DNA of 64,000 nucleotides from a candidate division TM6 bacterium GW2011_GWE2_36_25 (GTDB taxonomy: Bacteria; Babelota; Babeliae; Babelales; UBA12409). The stretch spans positions 156,996 to 220,995 of the forward strand of contig LBRU01000001.1 of the NCBI GenBank assembly GCA_000991575.1. The letters run 5' to 3'. Shown here in pieces: positions 36,793 through 47,419 of the stretch. Made by a program: the position numbers and the translations under genes. Positions within the stretch are counted from its first letter, which is position 1. The number at the start of each line of letters is the position of its first letter. Under the pieces are notes generated by a model. It worked only from the letters and a program-made list of their open reading frames with translations, was not told where the DNA came from and ran no database searches.

Positions 36793-38763
36793 ATGAAAAA
36801 GAATCTTTTAATAATAACGCTATTGTTTTTTGCACAAATATTTGCACAAGAAGCTAATTGGAAGCGCATTCCCGGAAGTCCAGAAAAATTGTGGAATGAG
36901 CGTGGTAGGTCCGCGGAAGCTTCATTGGCTGCAGTTAATTTAGATGAGGATGACATTTTCTCCGCCGATTCTTTTATGAATTTGATTGAAGAGGATCGTC
37001 AAGAAGGGCGGCTTTTCGGAATTATGCAAGTTGTTTATATTTTGCCTTCCGGTGAGGCTGCATCGTATTATGCTGCAGTTAGATGGCAAGATTTTGTTAA
37101 ATCTCTTGAGGCACCGATGGTACGTGGTTATGGGTTAGCTGCTAATCCTGATCTGCTTGAGGAATTGGGTAGACAGCATCATTGGAGTCCTGAATTTATT
37201 GAAGAATTATCACAAGCAGATCCTGAGGAACAAATTGATATGTTAGTTGAAAAAAGAGTTCCTGCTGCAACGGTTGATATTTTACGTAATGCATTTTTAA
37301 AAGAGTACAAACTTCCTTTAGTAGATGCAGCAACTAAGCAGAATATCATTGCTCAACATGAATTTTTTATCTCTAGGCCTGACGGTCACTTATGGCCGAC
37401 ACAAGAACTTGCCCGGTTAGAAAATATTTTTTTAACACATGTGGATACAAGGAATTTTGTAGGTGCGCGTCTCATATTAGACCAAATGGCTGGATTGGGA
37501 GAGCAACGCATAATTGGTGATTTTATTGAAGATTTATGGATGACGCTTCCTGATGCGGTTCGTCAGCGTCATGAAAAAGAAGAAGTGAAAACGGAAGAAA
37601 TTTCATCTTTGAAGCGCATTCCTGGCTCTTCTGATGAAGACTGGAAAAGAGGTGCTCGAATAGCGCTCTTTGATTTGCGTGATAATGATGGAGTAGCGAA
37701 TGCCCCTTTCTTGGAGTTGATGGATGATTATAATCGAAGAAAAAGTGTTTCTCAGTTAAAAAAAGGTGAAGAGCTCGTTAATGGTCCATTTTGTATTGTT
37801 CAAGTTCGACCTGAAGGAGCGGGGGCTCAATATTATAGTTGTGAGTCATGGGATGGATTTGTGGCGCATGCGTCAGGAAGAGGTCTACTGTATGATCCGA
37901 CAACGAGGGGTTATGTTTCTCCGTGGAGAGATGTGAGTAAATTTTATATTGGTGATCCAAGAGGACATTTATGGGATTCGCCAGTATCGGCTGATCAGGA
38001 AGAATCAATCTTAAAATTATTAGATCAAAGTAATAATGCAGCTGCTCAAAAAATGTTAGCTGGCTTTGATAGTATTGTTGAACATCCACGTTATGATGCA
38101 CACATGAGAGAATTAAGCGAGATGGTACGGCGAAAATTTGAAGCTGTCCCTAAAAAACGAGAAGTCGTTCTGTCGCCTGAAGTTGGCCCTGAAGAGCCCC
38201 TCGAAGAAATTGGCCCTGAAGATCGGATTATGAATTTAATAACAGAGGGTAATTTGGATGTTGCAAAAGAAATGATTGCTCGTTTGCCTGATGAGGAAAA
38301 ACAATTTGAATTAATGTTAGAACTGAGCGCTCAGGAAGAACGTTTTCGACATCAAGGAGAAGAAGTCTTAAGGATTCAACGAGAAGGAGAGATGCCTGAA
38401 GGAGAAGAAGCTCGTCGTAGAGAGGAAGCTGTGCTTTTGGAAAGAGAAAGTCAAGCAAGGGCGGCCGCGGAAGTACGAGCGAGAGAAGAAGCGTTGAGGA
38501 TTCAGCGCGAAAGAGAGATGCGTGAAGCAGAGGAAGCTCGACATAGAGAGCAGATTGTTCGCCTTGAAAATGAGATTAGGGTGCTTGAAAATCAAGTAGC
38601 ACCTTACCTGCGTGTTATAAAAGAACATGAAGGTAGATATTCTCAAGGTGCTCTTGCCAGATACTCTGCAACAACGCCGTATAAGAGGGCAAAGGCGTCC
38701 TATGCACCAATTGAAGGAAAAATAGCAGCCTTGAGAAGGGAGCTAGAGGTTTTGCGACGATAA
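36793..38763 (+). CDS. Secreted hypothetical protein with duplicated N-terminal domain and C-terminal coiled coil
   Basis: Signal peptide MKKNLLIITLLFFAQIFA; two KRIPGS...W...F.I.QV...YY...W..FV...GHLW blocks; Glu/Arg-rich tail. Confidence 0.8.
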   Translation: MKKNLLIITLLFFAQIFAQEANWKRIPGSPEKLWNERGRSAEASLAAVNLDEDDIFSADSFMNLIEEDRQEGRLFGIMQVVYILPSGEAASYYAAVRWQDFVKSLEAPMVRGYGLAANPDLLEELGRQHHWSPEFIEELSQADPEEQIDMLVEKRVPAATVDILRNAFLKEYKLPLVDAATKQNIIAQHEFFISRPDGHLWPTQELARLENIFLTHVDTRNFVGARLILDQMAGLGEQRIIGDFIEDLWMTLPDAVRQRHEKEEVKTEEISSLKRIPGSSDEDWKRGARIALFDLRDNDGVANAPFLELMDDYNRRKSVSQLKKGEELVNGPFCIVQVRPEGAGAQYYSCESWDGFVAHASGRGLLYDPTTRGYVSPWRDVSKFYIGDPRGHLWDSPVSADQEESILKLLDQSNNAAAQKMLAGFDSIVEHPRYDAHMRELSEMVRRKFEAVPKKREVVLSPEVGPEEPLEEIGPEDRIMNLITEGNLDVAKEMIARLPDEEKQFELMLELSAQEERFRHQGEEVLRIQREGEMPEGEEARRREEAVLLERESQARAAAEVRAREEALRIQREREMREAEEARHREQIVRLENEIRVLENQVAPYLRVIKEHEGRYSQGALARYSATTPYKRAKASYAPIEGKIAALRRELEVLRR

Positions 38764-38785
38764 ATTTTTGCGATTTTAACAGTGT

Positions 38786-38818
38786 AAAAAAGGGCATTTA
38801 ATGAGTGTCCTTTTTTTT
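38786..38818 (+). terminator. Intrinsic terminator
   Basis: AAAAAAGGGCAT...GTGTCCTTTTTTTT. Confidence 0.65.
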
Positions 38819-38875
38819 ACTTTTTTTATTCACGATAGCCTTTTGAGAATTAGTTTTTTATAGTAAAATAATAAT

Positions 38876-41590
38876 ATGAAAAAGAAATTGTTTCTGATTG
38901 ATGGATCATCATTTTTATATCGAGCTTATTACAGTATGAAGCCGCTTCATGCGCCTAATGGACAGCCTGTACAGGCTGTTTATGGTTTTTGTCGTATGAT
39001 TAAGAAGTTGGTGAACACTTTTAAGCCTGAACATATGGTTTTAGTATGGGATAGTAAGGGAAAGACTTTGCGGCATGAGCTTTATCAAGATTATAAAGCG
39101 ACCCGACAAGCGCCACCAAGTGATCTATTTGAACAAAAAAAACATATAACAAAATTTGCTGATTTAATCGATTTGGTGCAGCTGGAGCAACCTGGTGTTG
39201 AGGCCGATGATTCTATTTACTCACTGGCAAAAGATTTTTCAAAAAAAGATTATGATATTGTTATTGTTACCTCTGATAAGGATTTATCTCAATTATTAGA
39301 TGAGTCAATTGCGATTTATGATTCTTTTAAAGATGAGATGATAACGGCAAAATCATTTGAAGAAAAACGTGGTTTTTCAGTTTCTCAAGTGCCGTTTTAT
39401 CATGCCTTACTTGGTGATTCTTCGGATAATATTCCCGGCGTGCGTGGAATTGGAAAAAAAGGTGCTGAAGAACTTGTTAATCAATTTGAATCACTTGATG
39501 ATTTGTATGCGAATTTAGATAAGGTGTCTAAAGAGCGCACGAGAATAGCATTGGAAGCGGGCAGGGAAAAGGCTTTTTTGAGTTTAAAGCTTTTTCAGTT
39601 GCGTTATACATCACCGCAACTCTCAATTAATGACATTCAATTTGATGAAAAAAATTGGTGGAAAGCCCGTCCCTTATTTGAAGAACTGAATTTTAAGACG
39701 TTATTGAAGGAGATTGACGGAGAGTTTGGGACTGGTAATACATCTTCAGGTTCTTCAAATGAATCATTGTCGCAAACAAAAAAATATAAATTTGTAGCGG
39801 TTCAAGATGTTGATGAATTAAAGAGAATGGTCTCTTTTGTTCGTGAAAAAGGCTTTTGTGCGCTTGATACCGAAACTGATTGCTTAGATCCATTGCAAAG
39901 TACATTAGTAGGGCTTTCGTTCTGTTGTGAAGAAGGCATTGCCTGGTACATTCCTGTTGCCCACCAAACTTCTGAAGCCCAATTATCACATGATGATATT
40001 TATGCGGTTATTAAGCCATTACTCGAAGATGACACGATTAAGAAAGTTTTACATAATGCTAAATTCGATCAACTTGTGTTGTTGCACGCTGGAATTAAGG
40101 TTTGCGGAGTGATTTTTGATACGATGGTGGCAGCAAGTTTGGTTGTAAAAGAGGGGCAACGCATTGGATTAAAGGCCTTATCTGAAGGTTATTTTAATGA
40201 ACATATGTTAACGTTTGATGAAATGGTGAAGAGCAAGAAATTAGAAAATTTTGCGCACGTTTCAATTGTTGATGCGGTTGAATATGCAGCTGCTGATGCT
40301 CATCAAACATTTAAATTATGGCATGTTTTATCGCAAGAACTCAAAGAAAAAAATCTTGAAAAATTATATGACCAGATTGAACATCCACTAATTGATGTTC
40401 TTTTTGCGATGGAGTGTGAGGGAATCTATTGTGATATAGATTTGTTGCGTAATTTAGATCAGCAGGTCTCAAAAGTATTGGGCATGCTTGAGCAAGAAAT
40501 TTATGCATTAACTGGGACGATGCCAGGAACGTTGAATTTGAATTCTCCAAAACAGTTAGAGCAATTACTTTTCTATCAGCTGAATTTGCCGCCACAGAAA
40601 AAAAGTGCCAAAAGAACGGGATATTCGACTGATCATGAAGTGCTGGAGGCCCTTGCAGAATTGCACATTGTTCCTCAGTTAATTTTGAAACACCGTGAGC
40701 TTTATAAATTAAAGAGTACGTATATTGTTGCGCTTCCTGAAGCAATTAATCCATTTACAAAAAAAATTCATACTTCATTCAGTCAAACAAATGTCGCAAC
40801 AGGCCGCTTGGCAAGTTCCGAACCAAATTTGCAGAATATTCCCGTTCAGGTTGGTGATGTTACCGTTCGTGCGGCTTTTTACGCGCCAGAAGGGCACACT
40901 TTTATTTCTGCTGATTATTCTCAGATTGAGTTACGTGTGTTGGCACAGTTATCTCAAGATGAGGCGCTCAAAGATGCGTTTTTAACTAACGGTGACATTC
41001 ACACACAAACAGCAGCAAAAATTTTTGAAGTGGCTCCAGAAAATGTGACAACACAACAGCGTCAGATTGGTAAGCGTATTAATTTTAGCATTATGTATGG
41101 CAAGACTCCTTACGGATTGTCAAAGGAATTGAAAATCTCTCAGGCTGATGCAAAAAAATATATAGAGAAATATTTTGAGCAATATCCTGGTGTGAAAAAC
41201 TGGATGGATACGGTGATTGAACAAACCGTAAAAACCGGCTATACCCAAACTTTGTATGGTCGTCGACGTCATGTTCCTGGTATTTATGAAAAAAATAAAA
41301 ACCTTTTTGATGCGGCGCGTAGAATTGCAATTAACACCCCTGCCCAGGGAACAGCTGCAGAAATTATGAAACTTGGCATGATTAATCTTAAAAATGCATT
41401 TGCACATTTAGATACTGAGGCAAAAATAATTTTGCAAATTCACGATGAGCTTTTAGTGCAAGTTCCAGAAAAAGATAGTGCTTTAGTATCAGAAATTATT
41501 AAATCAACACTTGAACATGTCGTTGATTGGGATATTCCTCTCGCGGTAACGATTCGAGAAGGTAAAAACTGGCAAGAAGTAACGAAGTAA
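38876..41590 (+). CDS. polA: DNA polymerase I
   Basis: LIDGSSFLYRAYY 5'-3' exonuclease; DTETD/HNAKFD/YAAADA 3'-5' exonuclease; ADYSQIELR, DIHTQTA, INFSIMYG, LQIHDEL. Confidence 0.99.
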   Translation: MKKKLFLIDGSSFLYRAYYSMKPLHAPNGQPVQAVYGFCRMIKKLVNTFKPEHMVLVWDSKGKTLRHELYQDYKATRQAPPSDLFEQKKHITKFADLIDLVQLEQPGVEADDSIYSLAKDFSKKDYDIVIVTSDKDLSQLLDESIAIYDSFKDEMITAKSFEEKRGFSVSQVPFYHALLGDSSDNIPGVRGIGKKGAEELVNQFESLDDLYANLDKVSKERTRIALEAGREKAFLSLKLFQLRYTSPQLSINDIQFDEKNWWKARPLFEELNFKTLLKEIDGEFGTGNTSSGSSNESLSQTKKYKFVAVQDVDELKRMVSFVREKGFCALDTETDCLDPLQSTLVGLSFCCEEGIAWYIPVAHQTSEAQLSHDDIYAVIKPLLEDDTIKKVLHNAKFDQLVLLHAGIKVCGVIFDTMVAASLVVKEGQRIGLKALSEGYFNEHMLTFDEMVKSKKLENFAHVSIVDAVEYAAADAHQTFKLWHVLSQELKEKNLEKLYDQIEHPLIDVLFAMECEGIYCDIDLLRNLDQQVSKVLGMLEQEIYALTGTMPGTLNLNSPKQLEQLLFYQLNLPPQKKSAKRTGYSTDHEVLEALAELHIVPQLILKHRELYKLKSTYIVALPEAINPFTKKIHTSFSQTNVATGRLASSEPNLQNIPVQVGDVTVRAAFYAPEGHTFISADYSQIELRVLAQLSQDEALKDAFLTNGDIHTQTAAKIFEVAPENVTTQQRQIGKRINFSIMYGKTPYGLSKELKISQADAKKYIEKYFEQYPGVKNWMDTVIEQTVKTGYTQTLYGRRRHVPGIYEKNKNLFDAARRIAINTPAQGTAAEIMKLGMINLKNAFAHLDTEAKIILQIHDELLVQVPEKDSALVSEIIKSTLEHVVDWDIPLAVTIREGKNWQEVTK

Positions 41591-41601
41591 AGAGGTCATT
41601 C

Positions 41602-42309
41602 ATGCAAATAGTTCATTGTTCCGGACCAAGCGGTGAAATAAAAAAAACAGTATTAGATCCACTTTCTGATGGAATAAGTTCGGTTGAATTAATGCGAGTT
41701 TCTGGTTCTGATTTAGATGTTGTTAATGCTGCACGAGTCTCTTTTGGTAAATGGTCAGATCGTTTTGATGAGCGTGATCAAAAGTTGATAAATTTTTTGA
41801 TGTTACATGATCACACCTCTCCATTTGAGCATAATCAACTTTCTTTCAGAATTAAGGCGCCAATTTTTGTTGCACGTCAATGGATGCGTCATCGCATGAA
41901 TTCATATAATGAAATAAGTTACCGTTATGCAAAGGCTCCCCTTGAATTTTACGTTCCTGCATGTTGGCGTGGACAGGATGCAGAAAACAAACAGGCATCA
42001 GCAGCTTCTTTTGAAGATGAATCGCTTAAGAAAAAGTATCAAGATCTCATTGATCATTCGGTAAAGGCTTACAATGAACTTTTGGATGCTGGTGTTGTGC
42101 GCGAATTGGCACGAGGCGTTTTGCCGGTGACAATTTATACGCAATTTATGTTTACCTGTAACCTCCATTCATTGTTTCATTTTTTGAAATTGCGCAGTCA
42201 TGAGGGAGCTCAATGGGAAATTCGCCAATATGCGCAGGCATTAAAAGAATTGGCAGAGGAGTATTTCCCTGCATCTTTTCGGGCATGGCATCTAAAGTTG
42301 AAAGGGTAA
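41602..42309 (+). CDS. thyX: FAD-dependent thymidylate synthase
   Basis: AARVS, HTSPFEH, RQWMRHRMNSYNEISYRY, AQWEIR. Confidence 0.98.
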   Translation: MQIVHCSGPSGEIKKTVLDPLSDGISSVELMRVSGSDLDVVNAARVSFGKWSDRFDERDQKLINFLMLHDHTSPFEHNQLSFRIKAPIFVARQWMRHRMNSYNEISYRYAKAPLEFYVPACWRGQDAENKQASAASFEDESLKKKYQDLIDHSVKAYNELLDAGVVRELARGVLPVTIYTQFMFTCNLHSLFHFLKLRSHEGAQWEIRQYAQALKELAEEYFPASFRAWHLKLKG

Positions 42310-42419
42310 AGGGATTCGTTGACTTTTGTCGCTTTTTTAGTCATACTGAAAAGTGAAATCAGGTAGTGATGATTATCAGTTTTCTACTTTTTCAAAGTAA
42401 ATATTAAAAGGATTCAACG

Positions 42420-42686
42420 ATGGCAACCCATAAGGCCGGCGGTTCTACACAGAATGGCCGGGAGAGTCAAAGTAAACGACTTGGTGTAAAACTTTTTGAT
42501 GGTCAGGCGGTAATTGGGGGCGAAATTATAGTTCGTCAGCGCGGTACGCGTGTTCATCCAGGAAATGGGGTGAAGCGTGGGGGCGATGACACCCTGTTTG
42601 CAATTTCTCGTGGATATATTAAATTTCATTATGGCCCAAAAGGTCGTAAATACGTTTCAGTAGTTGAAAAAATGTCCAATGCTTAA
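42420..42686 (+). CDS. rpmA: 50S ribosomal protein L27
   Basis: [38 protein letters not shown]. Confidence 0.98.
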   Translation: MATHKAGGSTQNGRESQSKRLGVKLFDGQAVIGGEIIVRQRGTRVHPGNGVKRGGDDTLFAISRGYIKFHYGPKGRKYVSVVEKMSNA

Positions 42687-42718
42687 GGGCACACAATCTA
42701 TCAAATTTTAGGAGAGGC

Positions 42719-43621
42719 ATGATTAATTTCTTGCGCTACCGTACTGTTAGCTATTCGGTTTTAGCATTTATTATCTTATCGTTCACTGGTTTATATATTT
42801 ACCGTGGTTTTAATTACAGCGTTGATTTTACTGGCGGCACACAGGTTGTTGTGCGATTTAGTAAGCCGGTTAGTCTGGGGCAGGTCCGAGATCTTTTAAG
42901 GCAAGAAGATTGGAAAGGTGTTGTCGTTTCCGATTTTGATAAAAATGAAGCAAGGATTCGTATTCAAGATGTTTCAGTTGAGTCAATTGGTCTTGGCGAA
43001 AAAATCAAGAACATTCTTCAAAAGGGTTTGCCTGATACCGGTGTTGAGCTTATGCAAAGCGAGCAAGTAAGTTCAAGTATTGGCAAGACGCTTGTTTGGA
43101 ATGCGTTGAAAGCTGTTTTTTTCGCGCTTATCGCGATGCTTATTTATATTTTCATTCGCTTTAGGTTTTCATTTGCTGTTGGGGCTATAGTTGCTTTAAT
43201 GCATGACGTTTTAGCTGTTCTTATGGTATTTTTGTTATTGAATTGGGAGATTTCGCTTGATGCGATTGCGGCATTGTTAATTATAGTAGGTTATTCTGTT
43301 AACGATACTATTGTAATTTTTGCGCGCATTCGTGAGCATTTACAGGAGGCTGGAAAATATGAGTCTCTTGAACATATTGTTAATCAGGCTATTAATTCGA
43401 CTTTGCGTCGAACGTTATTGACGAGTTTTTCAACGTTATTAGCGGTTGCATCGCTATTGATTATTGGTGGAGAAACATTGCGAAGTTTATCGTTTGCACT
43501 TTTATTAGGCATTATATTTGGGACATATTCTTCCATTTTCATTGCCAGTCCTATTATGCTTATGCTTTATAAAGGCAAGAAGCATGGCGAAAAGGGAGAG
43601 CCTGTAGTGGTTTCTCAATAA
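42719..43621 (+). CDS. secF: Protein translocase subunit SecF
   Basis: SVDFTGGT, ALMHDV, GYSVNDTIVIFARIRE, RTLLTS, GTYSSIFIA. Confidence 0.97.
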   Translation: MINFLRYRTVSYSVLAFIILSFTGLYIYRGFNYSVDFTGGTQVVVRFSKPVSLGQVRDLLRQEDWKGVVVSDFDKNEARIRIQDVSVESIGLGEKIKNILQKGLPDTGVELMQSEQVSSSIGKTLVWNALKAVFFALIAMLIYIFIRFRFSFAVGAIVALMHDVLAVLMVFLLLNWEISLDAIAALLIIVGYSVNDTIVIFARIREHLQEAGKYESLEHIVNQAINSTLRRTLLTSFSTLLAVASLLIIGGETLRSLSFALLLGIIFGTYSSIFIASPIMLMLYKGKKHGEKGEPVVVSQ

Positions 43622-43692
43622 TTTTTATGAATTTAATAATCTGCAAAAATCTAATCTATTATTTTATTATTTAGTATGGGGGAGCAAATTGC

Positions 43693-45009
43693 ATGAAATC
43701 TACGGAAATGCAAGCTTTGAAAAAAGAGCTTAAAAGTTTACCTTTGAGTGAGCTTGCGCAGCAAGCGCGTCGGCACGGGGTCGTAGGGGCAGCCCTGATG
43801 TCTCGAGATGATTTGATTAAGAAGATTGAAGAATCTCTTAAAGACCCAGAACGTGAAGTTGAAGTTGAGGGTGTTTTAGAAAGACTTCCAGATGGCTTTG
43901 GTTTTTTACGTTCTCAAAAGTATGATTATGTTTCTGGGCCAGATGATATCTATGTTTCTCCTTCGCAAATTAGAAGATTTAGTTTGCGAACGGGCGATGT
44001 AGTAGCTGGCGTTATTCGTCAACCAAAGGACAATGAAAAGTATTTTGCGTTACTCAAAGTAACCAAGGTTAATGGCGAAGACCCTTTAAAGGCAAAAGAT
44101 CGTTCATATTTTGATAGTTTATCTCCTACGCATCCGGATGTTAAATTTAACCTTGAATATGATCCATCAAAGATTGCAACGCGTATTATGGATCTTTTTA
44201 CGCCAATTGGCAAGGGACAGCGCGGTTTAATTGTTTCTCCTCCAAAGGCTGGGAAAACAGTTCTTTTAAAGGAGATTGCGCATAGCATAAAAACAAACAA
44301 TCCAGATGTTTATCTTATTATATTGTTGATTGATGAACGTCCAGAGGAAGTGGCTGATTTCAAACGGTCCATCAAGGAAGGTATTCATGTTGAAGTTATC
44401 AGCTCTACTTTTGATGAGTCAGCAAACCGTCACGTTCAAGTTGCCGAAATGGTGCTTGAAAAAGCTAAAAGATTGGTTGAGTCTGGTAAAGATGTTGTGA
44501 TCTTGCTCGATTCTATTACGAGATTGGCACGTGCGTACAATACCGTTGCGCCAGCTTCAGGAAAAGTATTAACTGGTGGTATTGATGCGAATGCATTACA
44601 GCGACCAAAAAGATTCTTTGGGGCTGCGCGAAAAACTGAGGAGGGTGGTTCATTAACTATTATTGCTACCGCATTGATTGAGACTGGTTCGCGCATGGAT
44701 GAGGTTATTTTCGAAGAATTTAAAGGAACTGGTAATATGGAAATAAATATGACGCGCAAATTATCAAATCGTCGTATTTATCCCGCATTTGATCTTTTAG
44801 TTTCTGGTACACGTCGCGATGATTTGTTGCAACCTGAAGATTTGCTCAATAAAGTTTGGGTTCTTCAAAAGTTTCTCAGTAATATGAATCTTATTGAGGG
44901 GGTGGAGTTCTTGATTGATAAAATGCGACGCTATAAGACTAATGAAGAATTTCTTGAAGCCTTAGCAAATAAAAAGAATGGCAGCGGTACGACGGCGAGC
45001 GAAAGCTAA
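43693..45009 (+). CDS. rho: Transcription termination factor Rho
   Basis: [52 protein letters not shown]. Confidence 0.99.
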   Translation: MKSTEMQALKKELKSLPLSELAQQARRHGVVGAALMSRDDLIKKIEESLKDPEREVEVEGVLERLPDGFGFLRSQKYDYVSGPDDIYVSPSQIRRFSLRTGDVVAGVIRQPKDNEKYFALLKVTKVNGEDPLKAKDRSYFDSLSPTHPDVKFNLEYDPSKIATRIMDLFTPIGKGQRGLIVSPPKAGKTVLLKEIAHSIKTNNPDVYLIILLIDERPEEVADFKRSIKEGIHVEVISSTFDESANRHVQVAEMVLEKAKRLVESGKDVVILLDSITRLARAYNTVAPASGKVLTGGIDANALQRPKRFFGAARKTEEGGSLTIIATALIETGSRMDEVIFEEFKGTGNMEINMTRKLSNRRIYPAFDLLVSGTRRDDLLQPEDLLNKVWVLQKFLSNMNLIEGVEFLIDKMRRYKTNEEFLEALANKKNGSGTTASES

Positions 45010-45149
45010 TTCTGCAGTAAAAATTCGATTTTATTGAGTCTTCAGAATATTTTGAGTGAATTTAATTCTGAAGGTAAATCTGCTAAATTGTTAACTTTAA
45101 AGCTACGGTATGAAAGTGGGCATTTAAGTGGTCTATGAAGTAGGGCTAT

Positions 45150-46166
45150 TTAGAGAATATCAAGGGTGAGATCATCAAATTTGTTTTGTTGTGCTTTGTA
45201 ATTGGCAACAAAGGCAGCCATCGCAGCATTATCAGTACAGTACTGCGGTGATGGAAAAAAGAAATTTAAATTTATCTTTTTGCAGAATGTTTCAATTTTA
45301 TTTCGAATAAATTTATTACAGGCAACGCCACCAACAAAAGTAATTGCTTTGACTTCGGGGTATTTTTTATATGTCTGTTCGAGTTTGTTCACAAAAATAT
45401 CAGCAATTGCGTTAAGTAGTGAGCTTGCTACCTGTGCCTTAAATAATTGATCATCTTTCTTTAAAAAATTTTTATTTTTCAGATCGTAAGCGCCTCTTTT
45501 TGCAAGATCGTATAAAACTGCTGTTTTGAGCCCTGAAAAGCTAAAGTTCAATGCTTTTGATTTGCTGCGTGGATACTTAAAAAAATCTTCGTAATTGACT
45601 GATGTCGATAATTTTTCAATTTCAGGGCCCCCCGGATAAGGTAGATCAATTAATTTTGCTACTTTATCAAAAGCTTCGCCTGCTGCGTCATCTATGGCGG
45701 GAACAACACAGGTATAAATGCCCCAATCTTTGACAAGATAAATAGCGGTATGACCACCTGATGCAGTTAAACAAAGGAATGGAAAAGGAATAGAATTTTC
45801 TAAGCATGCTGAAAAAATGTGTGCTTCGAGGTGGTTGATCCCAATAATTTTTTTATTTTTGCATGCCGCAAGCGCTTTTGCAAAGCAGACGCCAACAAGT
45901 AATGATCCAGGAAGGCCGGGGTTATTAACAACCGCTATTGTCTCAATATCATCAAGTTTAAGTTTCGCATGATCAAGAGCCTTTTGGATAATAAGATTTA
46001 TTTTTTCTAAGTGGCTTCGTGAAGCGATTTCCGGGACGACCCCCCCATATTTTTTGTGAAGGTCAATTTGTGAAAAAAGAGCATTGGAAATAATCCCTTT
46101 GTCTGTATCATAGACAGCTGCACCAGTTTCATCGCATGAGGTTTCAATGGCGAGAATTTTGCTCAT
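45150..46166 (-). CDS. tsaD: tRNA N6-threonylcarbamoyltransferase TsaD
   Basis: IETSCDET, GGVVPEIASRSH, HLEAH, ASGGHT, DDAAGEAFDK, FSFSGLKT, GGVACN, CTDNAAM. Confidence 0.98.
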   Translation of the reverse strand: MSKILAIETSCDETGAAVYDTDKGIISNALFSQIDLHKKYGGVVPEIASRSHLEKINLIIQKALDHAKLKLDDIETIAVVNNPGLPGSLLVGVCFAKALAACKNKKIIGINHLEAHIFSACLENSIPFPFLCLTASGGHTAIYLVKDWGIYTCVVPAIDDAAGEAFDKVAKLIDLPYPGGPEIEKLSTSVNYEDFFKYPRSKSKALNFSFSGLKTAVLYDLAKRGAYDLKNKNFLKKDDQLFKAQVASSLLNAIADIFVNKLEQTYKKYPEVKAITFVGGVACNKFIRNKIETFCKKINLNFFFPSPQYCTDNAAMAAFVANYKAQQNKFDDLTLDIL

Positions 46167-46885
46167 GATGCTTCTTGCATTAATGTATGATTATCCAATC
46201 TAATTTTTTTAATATCTTGGGGCGAATGAATATTTTTGAGATTCATAATACATAAATTAGCTTGCAAAAGACTTTCAATAAGCTTGTTTTGATTAATTGT
46301 TTTTGCATACTGCGGTGAAGGAAGGCTTACTACTGCATGTTTGTCTTTGAGGGGTTGATAATTAAAAATGATATTCTCGTTTTTGTGATCAAAATATTCG
46401 GCGCTTAAAGGAATAATTATTGTATGTTCGGGTATCACAACCCTTAAGGAATTATTTTTTTGTTCTTTCGGCATTGGTTTTTGTTTTGTGTTCCAGTCGA
46501 TAAATGATTGATCATCGAGATTTACTGATTTTGTTGGTTTGATGCGATAAAATTCATAAGGCGTATTATTATTAAATGTTAAATAACTATTTATACCATT
46601 ATGATCGGTTCTAAAACAGATTGCTTCTGGATTAATGAATAGAAAGTAGAATTTTTTAATATCTTTATGTTCCTTGAAACAATAAATACCATTATTTACT
46701 TTGATGATATTGCCGTCGTAATAGAGGCTGAGAGGCTCATCTTGTTTGAGGTTTAAGTCGAGATTGCCGACATAGCACATGTGATCAATACTTTTATTTA
46801 AAAGGCACGTGCAAGAAGCGGGAGTTAGTTGTGCTTGTAAATAGGTACTTGTACATAGAAACGTGAGAAAAAATATTTTTAACAC
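46163..46885 (-). CDS. Secreted hypothetical protein, translationally coupled to tsaD
   Basis: ATGA overlap with the tsaD start; signal-like MLKIFFLTFLCTSTYLQA. Confidence 0.7.
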   Translation of the reverse strand: MLKIFFLTFLCTSTYLQAQLTPASCTCLLNKSIDHMCYVGNLDLNLKQDEPLSLYYDGNIIKVNNGIYCFKEHKDIKKFYFLFINPEAICFRTDHNGINSYLTFNNNTPYEFYRIKPTKSVNLDDQSFIDWNTKQKPMPKEQKNNSLRVVIPEHTIIIPLSAEYFDHKNENIIFNYQPLKDKHAVVSLPSPQYAKTINQNKLIESLLQANLCIMNLKNIHSPQDIKKIRLDNHTLMQEAS

Positions 46886-46966
46886 GACAAATCCTTTAAG
46901 TACTGGTTATCATTTGCAAAAAAGTATAGCATACTTATATATGCTTGTATCAGAAAAATAAAAATT

Positions 46967-47419
46967 ATGAAGATTGTTGCAGAAAATAAAAAAGCTCTTT
47001 TTGATTATGAGATTTTAGATCGCATTGAGGCTGGTATTGTTCTTACCGGTGATGAAGTTAAGTCTTTGCGTGGAAAGCAGGGATCCCTTAAGGGTTCGTT
47101 TGCTCAATTCCATCAAGGAGAACTGATGCTGCTTAATGCAAATATTCCCGTTTATAGATTTGCTTATTCCAAAAAAGAAGACGAAACAACGCGAAGTCGC
47201 AAGTTATTGCTTCATAAAAAAGAATTAATGCGTCTACTGGGTGAAGTTTCTCAACGGGGAATTACACTCGTTCCTCTTAAGATTTATTTTAATAATAAAG
47301 GTCTTGCAAAAGTTGATATTGGTATTGCGCGACATAAGAAAAAAGCTGATAAGAAGCAAAAGCTTAAAGAGCGCGATCTTGATCGTGAAACAATGCGCGA
47401 ACTAAAAAATTTTAAGTAA
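46967..47419 (+). CDS. smpB: SsrA-binding protein SmpB
   Basis: ENKKA.FDY, EAGIVLTGDEVKSLR, RKLLLHKKE, VPLKIYF. Confidence 0.98.
   Translation: MKIVAENKKALFDYEILDRIEAGIVLTGDEVKSLRGKQGSLKGSFAQFHQGELMLLNANIPVYRFAYSKKEDETTRSRKLLLHKKELMRLLGEVSQRGITLVPLKIYFNNKGLAKVDIGIARHKKKADKKQKLKERDLDRETMRELKNFK

Noticed and set aside
45040-45073. 9-bp inverted repeat CTTCAGAAT/ATTCTGAAG between convergent rho and tsaD
   Set aside because: AT-rich with a long loop and no U-tract. It may be a pause or terminator element, but cannot be called.
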